Below are positions 55,882 to 64,000 of a stretch of 64,000 nt of DNA, in pieces. Below the pieces are notes generated by a model. The model worked only from the letters and a program-made list of their open reading frames with translations. It had not been told where the DNA came from and made no database searches. Both the position numbers and the translations under genes were made by a program. The stretch lies in the NCBI RefSeq assembly GCF_009914755.1, contig NC_060937.1, one strand, 5' to 3'. The stretch is from the human T2T-CHM13v2.0 reference genome, Homo sapiens. The first letter of the stretch is position 1. Every line of letters begins with the position of its first letter.

Positions 55882-56374
55882 TGTGATAGGCTGATTAAAG
55901 GGCCCTCAAAAGAGAGTCTGTTCTAATCCCTGGAACCTCTGAATATCACTTTATACTTAAAAAAATGAACTTTTCACATGTGTCAAATTAAGGATTTTGA
56001 AATGGTGCTATTATCTTGGATTATCATCCTTGTGGCCTCTAAATGCAGTCACAGTGTCCTTATAAGAGAAAGGTAGAGGGAGATGACAGTCAGAAGAAGA
56101 CAAGGCAATGGTACCATGAAGGCAGTGATTGTGGTGATGCTATCACTAGCCAAGGAATGCCGGAAGCCATCAGAAACTGAGGGAGGTGAGAAACAAACAA
56201 ACAGTCTCTAGAGCCTCCCGAAGTAGGGCAGTCATGCTGATAACACCTTGACTTTGGCGCAGTGAAACTGATTTTAGACTCTGGCTTCCTGAGTTTTGTG
56301 AGGGAATAAATTTCTGTTGATTTAAGTCACTAATGTTGTAGTAAATTATCATGGAAGTCATAAGAAACTAATGT
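55882..56374 (+). mobile_element. Solo LTR, MLT1D-like
   Basis: CTAATCCCTGGAACCT...AGCCAAGGAATGC...ATAAATTTCTGTTG...AGAAACTAAT. Confidence 0.8.
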
Positions 56375-57125
56375 GAATATGTGATTGGGAAAATTCAATC
56401 AGTATCTTAACTACTTTGACATATTGTATTGTGTCATGCTCTGTAAGTCTTCTCAATGTCTGTATGTAATACAGGTCCGAGCATCACGAGTGACATTCGG
56501 AACATACTTAAATTCCCAGAGGAAAAATAAAATAAGATTTCCTTGAGTAGAGTCACTTTAGAAAATTGAATAGTTATTTTTCTATTTCAAGCTCAATGCT
56601 TGATATATTTTTTTTCAAAACTAAATCCTCCACATTTTAACAGATGTTCACTGCAGAATCTTGTTTAGTCAGTAAAGTGCTTGCTTTCCTCTTAACTGAT
56701 TTTTTAAAAAATATTACTTCTGTTTAACTTCTAAATATAGTTTATTGTTTCACAGAAATTCCAGAAATCCATGATGATATATAATACCTACCATGCACAT
56801 TTTCATTTTTGCTATACATTACTTGAGCTTATAAATAATTATAAGATATTAAGTGCATTTCTGGGAAAAATGTTTAATGAGTAAAGGGTGGCTAATTATC
56901 CCAATGATAATTTCTGATTTTTCATATGCAAATATGCAAACTATATATTCAAAAAAACAGTAAGTTTGAATCATAGGCCATGGGTTGACCAACATACCCA
57001 TGAGTAGTCTAAAGCAATATGATTTAATAGATTTTTACATAGGTATGAAATTACTGATTTACTAATGTATATGTTTCTTCCAAATCGGTCAATAGCCTCT
57101 ATTCCAATTTTCTTGGTATTTACCT

Positions 57126-57275
57126 AAAAAGCATAGACGCATTTATAAGCCACCCCTTTTTCTGTCACTCATAATGAGATAAATGCATAAATGCATTTAT
57201 AAGTGCATTTATAAATGCAAAAAGCACAGATGCATTTATAAGCCATTCCTTTTTCTGTCACTCATAAGATAAATG
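57126..57275. repeat. About 58-bp direct duplication with a palindromic spacer
   Basis: Copies at 57126-57185 and 57219-57275. Confidence 0.9.
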
Positions 57276-57659
57276 ACCTATAAAAGAAGCAGCAACAGGA
57301 AGTTGCACTTCAAAAAACATATGACTTAGTTGTGCTCCCCAAAAGTAAAGTGTGAATTTTAGCAGAGTATAAAAATAAATAGCCAAAAATTGCCTTTTTA
57401 ACTAAAGACAATTACCTTTTTAATTAAGGAAAAACAATATACAGAGCTATTTTAGAAATTGCCACTGTGCTACATACTAGGGGAACACAGATGAATGAGA
57501 AGAGGAACAGGTGCTAAGGAGCTCAGAATATGACTAACATATGACTTCCTATACCATCCTATGACAGAGATAAGAAATCACTGCTATGGAAACAGAACTG
57601 GGTAGCAAATAATTTGATTATGAGGAAAAGCCGGTCTAGAAAGCTCAGAGAGAAAGTGA

Positions 57660-58098
<439 letters not shown>

Positions 58099-61000
58099 TG
58101 AACACTATGATAAATAATAGTAAACACAAGTAAGGTGTTGTTGATTGTTTCTATATTTGTTGTATTGCTGCATTTCTGAATTATTTAATTGAATTGAGCA
58201 GACGAGTAGTTTATCCAGTGTCATATAACAATGGACGGTCTTCACTGTGGACTGTAAAATTGAGAGTATGAGCTAATGCCAAGCTGCTATTAGAATTCAA
58301 AGTGAAAAATTGATAGTTCTGTGACCTTTTAAAAAAAAAACTTGCCAAACTATTAGAAATTCTTTGATTGTCAGTAACATACATACAAAGGAATGAAGAG
58401 ACAGTAAAAGTAATATTTATTTAGTGTATGCTAAATGGAAATACTTGAAACATTGACAAACAATTTGTTTAAAAACAAGAAGTATGAAGAGTAGTTCAAA
58501 CATTGATTACCTTCTCCTTTTATATGGAACAAGGGTCTTTTCCATGCCTTAGTGAATTGCCATCCTTTCTTCTAGGTTTGAGTCAGCTTTCAACATTTTA
58601 TCTCTTTTGCTTCTAATATTGTGAAAATCCTTCAGTAGCTCCTCTAACGTGATATTTGTTTTCAAGAGTTACTTACTCCAGCACATCTCATTACAGCCAC
58701 TTTTCTCATTTATGCTGGTAACTTGGCCCTCATTAAGTTCCTCTGGCTGCATGTCTGGTGTCTCTAAAGAAAGCAGCATCAACATTTCCATGTCTACTAT
58801 CTTCTAATCACATTCAATTTCATTTCCATTGTTACCACTTTTCTGTCCTTTGCTACACCTTCATCTTTGTTGACCTATTACCTCTTTCGATTACTCATTT
58901 TTGTAAAATGTCACTTGGGCTTAACACTGGGAGACAAGGTAGTAACACAAATATGTATTTTCTGTTTGTATGTGAACTGAATCACAGATGCACAGTGACC
59001 AATCCCTGACAGTCTTTGAGAAAAGTGGGGTGATTTCATCACTGATCATGAGACACATCTGATATCTTTGCAGTGATGTCTGGACTAAAGAGCTAGCAGC
59101 AACGTTTATACAATTACTCACAGTTGATATACCCAAGTAAATTTCATTTCAACCTTGTTATTAGGGAAGTGGTGTTATATAAATACACTGCAGTAACTGA
59201 ATTTCATATATGTCAGAGCCTGCAAAGATAAGAAGGTTATATTGTAAAATACCAACAAGATTGCTGGGATGCCAAATAAATGTAAAATATAAAACTGAAG
59301 TATCAATACTCATTGTTAAAGGTATAATATAAAATATAAAATTTCAACAATATTCAACACATCGTAATGTTATTAAACTGAGATAAACACATAAAAAATG
59401 TTTAGCCTTTTGAGTACCCTGAAGGATGCTGCGTTTGGGATCTTCAAGCCTGTGTTCTGGAGTTATTCTGCACTCCCTCTCTCTGATCTGGGACTGTGTG
59501 GTTCACTAGTAACTCTACCCTATCTATTTATACTTTGCATGGAGCTCCTGGGACTGACCAGAAGAACTGCCTTTTCTTCTCCAACCACCGTTCTGCGCTT
59601 TGCTGGTCTGTTTTCCATCTGAACCCTCTAGGCTTGCACAAGCAGATCCTCAAGTCCTAGTCTAACTCCATCCATTCTTCTCTAGCTCACAATCCAGAAG
59701 ATTCAAAAGACCAAACTCTTCCCTGTGTCATAGCTGGCCCTTCCTGCCTTCTTTGGCCTCATCTCCTCCTGCTGGTTTTTTTTTTCCCCTGACCTCTCAT
59801 GACAGTGGCTCAGGTCCTGGCCGTTTTCACCTCTATGCTTTTGCAGTTCCCACCTTCGGGGGCATCTTTCTTTTGTGCTCCCTTCCCTTATAACATCTCA
59901 GAGCAAGAGTCCAGTTCCCCCATCCAGACCCCTGTGGGGATCAGCACCCATGTTGAGCTGGGTCTGCGGTCCAGCCACCTGGGGAGGTGCTCTCTCCCCG
60001 ATGTGGCTCCTTGTGGTGGCTCATTTATCTCCCTGTCTGCTGACCTCCCCTAGTGCTTGGAAATCAATCTTGGGACTCAGTCTTTTCCTAGGTGGGGGGT
60101 GGGAGGGAAGGGCATGGGCAATCCTCTCCTCTCCACCCCACACCCAAGCCCCAACACCTTCTCTCTCTCCAAAGATACTGGCTTTCGCCTCCAAGGACCC
60201 CACTAACCCCACCACCCAGCTCCTAGACCTTCCCTGGTCTCCCACAGAAGTGTTGAGACCCACTGGTCCCCACACTCTTTGGCCAGGAATACCTTCGAGA
60301 AACAAGCAATATGGCGACCCCTGCTGAAAGGCAGACAATTGAACGTCTCCGTTTCCCTTTTTCCAGCTAAACACTGAAAGTTCTACCTAGAGAATCTTTA
60401 CATTCATTATGTAATGGGCCTGCAGCTTCCTGGGCTCCTGCAGCAAAACCCTGTCTCCTACTTTCCCAGGGATGGAAGCAGAGGTCCTGGAAACCACTCT
60501 GGCTGGGTCACCCAAAACCTGGGTAGGGATGGCCAGCAAACATAATAATCATGCTATTTATTTATGCAAATGAACAACAGGAATACATCCTAGTTACTCA
60601 TAAAAATAAAGTTTACTTCAGCAACTCACTTTAACATGAGTTTCCCCTAATCCTCTCCCAAGGTTGGCTTCCTATCTTCTTAAAAACAAACAAACAAACA
60701 AACAAAAACTATCTTAAGTTTTATCATTCAAATAAATCTCAAGACATAAATGTTCAATAGTCTAGAGTTGACAATGATGCATATCACTTATTTAAGCATT
60801 TATAGTTAAACATATGAATTTGTTATCATAAAAATAATGATATAGGAAAGACCAAGCTTTAACTCTCTCACTTCCTCTCCAAGATCTGACAGAAGTGTTC
60901 AAAGGAAAATAAACATGACAATAAAATGGGGGGTGGGGTAGTTAATCAATGTGAAAACAAGTGAATTAAGATAAAGCAATTATTCAAAATTCAAATAATT

Positions 61001-61188
61001 TCTGTAGGTAAATGACAGAGGATTTGTAATGAAGGGAACCAGTAAATATTAATGTCTACCTTACAGATGGCAAGAACATTGTGAGAAGTTATAGGAAGAA
61101 GAAGGAAATTCTGACAAACCTCGAAGCATCAAATAAACTGTAGGGCTGAGGATCAGAGTCAATGAGAGACAATTGCAATTCTTACCTT

Positions 61189-61644
61189 TGTGAAAGAAAA
61201 ATAAATCTTCAGGCCCCCAAATCACGAAGCTAAAGGGAAAAGTCAACCTGGGAACTGCTTAGGCCCAATCTTTCTCTCATTCTATTCAAAGTCAACCCTC
61301 TGTTCACTGAGATACATACGTATCTGAGTGCCTCCTTTAGAGGGGCTCATCAGAAACTCAAAAGAATGCAACCATTTGTCTCTTATCTACCAATGACCTG
61401 GAAGACCCCTCCCCACTTTGAGTCTTCCTGCCTTTGCTTTGAGTTGTCCTGTCTTTCCAGAAGGAACCAATGTTCATCTTGCATATATTGATTGATGTCT
61501 CATGTCTCCCTAAAATATTTAAGACCACCTTGGGCACATGTCGTGAGAACCTCCTGAGGCTGTCTCACAGGTGTTCGTCCTCAATCTTGGCAAAATAAAC
61601 TTTCTAAATTAACTGAAACCTGTCTCAGATTTTCTGAGTTCACA
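61189..61644 (+). mobile_element. Solo LTR, MER4A1-like (ERV1)
   Basis: TGTGAAAGAAAATAAATC...GTTCACA; perfect 4-bp TSD CCTT. Confidence 0.85.
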
Positions 61645-62628
61645 CCTTTTAGTAACAATTGTTGAATTCAAAGGCTGTAGCTGCAGGGTTAAATGATAAA
61701 ACACTAGGATGAAACATTTGCTCCACATTAATTCTCTACAGAAATAAAGGCTCACTTCCATGTGGAGGAAATCTTTTGGAATTAGAAGAAATTCCATTAG
61801 TTTGGAGAAATGGGACTAGGGAAGAAGAGAGTGCCAGCAATCAGAAAAGTGAAAATTACTCTACCCAAAACTACTTTTGCTCAAATAGTCTAACAATATT
61901 TAGATTTAAAAGTCTTGAATATACACAGGGAAGAGTTTTAAGCAGTGAAATTTAAGTTATTTACAAATTTGGTTATGGAAACTAGAATGAAAATATCACT
62001 TACTGGCACAGTTGGAGGAAAAGCAAGCACTGCTTTCTTTTTTAATGTTTAAAAACTATACACCGTTTCTTTGAAATATACTCTGGCCATGACATTTTTG
62101 TAGGTTAGCCTTAACAATTTCAGGTACTTACTGTGTTCCTTCTCTAGCTTCAGAGTGAAAGGACAAGCTATTTATCACGCTAGGTGGTTCACAGGGCCTG
62201 GTGGAAATAAGGCTACCTTATGTTCACCATTTCCATCAAGAACCACAATGTTTGAAAATAATTTGTTGCACAATACATTCTACAAAGACAATGGGGAAAT
62301 TGCTAGAATTCTACTTACCACAACATTGAGAATAGTTTCCTTTGTAGAGAGGTCATATTCCTCCAGTAAGAATGAAGGATTTGGGGTTTTTGAGGTGGAT
62401 TTCATGATTGACAGCAACATGTAGGAAATGCCACACATCACAGGTAAACTGTGGAGACAGAATCACATTTTGGTTTCAGATTATTTTTACAATTTTCATT
62501 GAAAACATAAATTTTATTGTGTTAATATGTAAACAATATTGACTTGTTATTGGTATGTCATAGGCAAATATCTGTTCATTATTTTCACTGTTAATAAATT
62601 GATTTAAGTAAAATAATTAAAATAAGAA

Positions 62629-63376
62629 GCCACTGGGGGCAGTCTAAAGGGAAGAAACAACCAATTTCAAAGTCATACATAGATTTACAGGAAGGACTTG
62701 ACACACTTACTCTAGCGCAGATTATATATATTTGATGAGGAGGTCCACATTGTGGTAGAGATTTGGTGGTCAGTCCTGACCAAACCTTAGAGGGTATTTA
62801 TGAGACACCACAAAATAGAGGTTATGGGTTTTTTTTCTGTTTTGTGATCAGTTTGCTTGTTTTAGCACTCAGGGCTTTTTATTTGTTGTTCAATTTTTTG
62901 AATTTTTTTAAGTCAGAAAGATCTCTGGGTTATCTCATGTGCTAAGGAAAAACTATTTTGGTTTTTCTAACTTTAATAGTTAGTATTTGTAGGGGAGGCA
63001 ATCAGGAAAAGATATGCCATTAACTGTTAGCAGTGTGAAATCTGTAAGACTTAGTCTCTGTGATCTCAACCAAAGCCTTCTGAGTCCTGGAACTTTGCTT
63101 TGGGACGATCTTACTTTACCCATTTATATGCTGTACTTAACAGTTTGTAGCTAATTTACAGGGGTCATATCTTTTATATCATTCATGAATAGCCTTTTTT
63201 TAAAAAGTAATAATCCCTGTTGAATACAAAAATGGAAATGGAAAATTTATAATCATAACCCCCCTTATAAGTTTGTAATGCTTGAAGCACTACCTCTTAA
63301 GATGATAAATTTATAAATGAGAATTTTGATTTAAACTATTAAACTATTGTTAAATAAACACCAATTCTATAAAAAA
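62629..63376 (+). pseudogene. Possible 5'-truncated processed pseudogene (3' UTR-like; parent not identified)
   Basis: UTR-like composition; AATAAA at 63353-63358 then A6 at 63371-63376; weak TSD candidate AAAATAAGAA / AAATTAAGAA. Confidence 0.35.
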
Positions 63377-64000
63377 TTAAGAACACATAATGATTGACAA
63401 AGGATGACAAAAATATACATATTTATAAATATTTTCCAATGTACCCATTTAGCAGATCATAAGTTTATACCTATAGTAGCTAAGGTATAATTACTTTAGT
63501 AAAGTCTTTCCCACTTTAGGTTCTATATATTATACACCTCCATTGAAGTTTCTGTTTCTCTTTCCTAGCACTCATAACAGTACTAATATTTTCTCATCTT
63601 CATCTGCCAAGACTATGTATCTACTTCATTGTCCTGGTTCTCACCTCCTCTCCCTGGTTTCAAAGCCATGCATAGATTTCAGGGACTATCACAAGCAAAT
63701 CCCTGATGGAACATTGAATCACACATTCTTCAGTCAACCCAACTAAACATAAAAAGTCTGTAAAAAGGTCTGAGCTGCCACTCAAGAGACAGAGTTTGCA
63801 GTTTTATCCCTGTTTATTTCTGGTTTAATAATAAAAACTATAATTTTCAAAGCATAGTGCTGAATTCAGAGTAATCACAATATAATATTCACAATATCCG
63901 GGCAAGATCAGAAATTGCTCAACATAAAAAAAGAAAAATATTAGCGATTCTCAAGAGAAAAAACATCAAAAAAGAGTAACACTAGGTGTATTTGTCAAGG

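Noticed and set aside
59799-60374. ORFs of 84-150 aa in the GC-rich island
   Set aside because: No recognisable domain or splice structure; expected from stop-codon scarcity at higher GC

Overview
Primate (most likely human) AT-rich, gene-desert-like genomic DNA. I found no spliced protein-coding gene, and nearly all listed ORFs are Alu/L1/LTR read-through or chance. The one real coding sequence is a full-length processed copy of prothymosin alpha (PTMA; 10213-11410) with an intact 110-aa ORF, poly(A) tail and 17-bp TSD. Most of the rest is interspersed repeats: about 12 Alu copies or fragments, two large L1s, older L1M/L2/MIR fragments, solo LTRs and DNA-transposon remnants. The most interesting structure not explained by these repeats is a ~445-bp inverted duplication (22821-23269 / 27915-28357) flanking a 4.6-kb spacer. 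Its right copy has a fold-back-filled inner junction, sits between 12-bp direct repeats, and abuts a truncated Alu and L1. Also notable are an L1 with both ends and a TSD but no ORF1, a palindrome-filled tandem duplication, an unexplained GC-rich island and a possible second retrocopy. I do not see a new multi-gene system. Repeat subfamily names and comparisons to PTMA and L1 consensus are from recall, not from a search.
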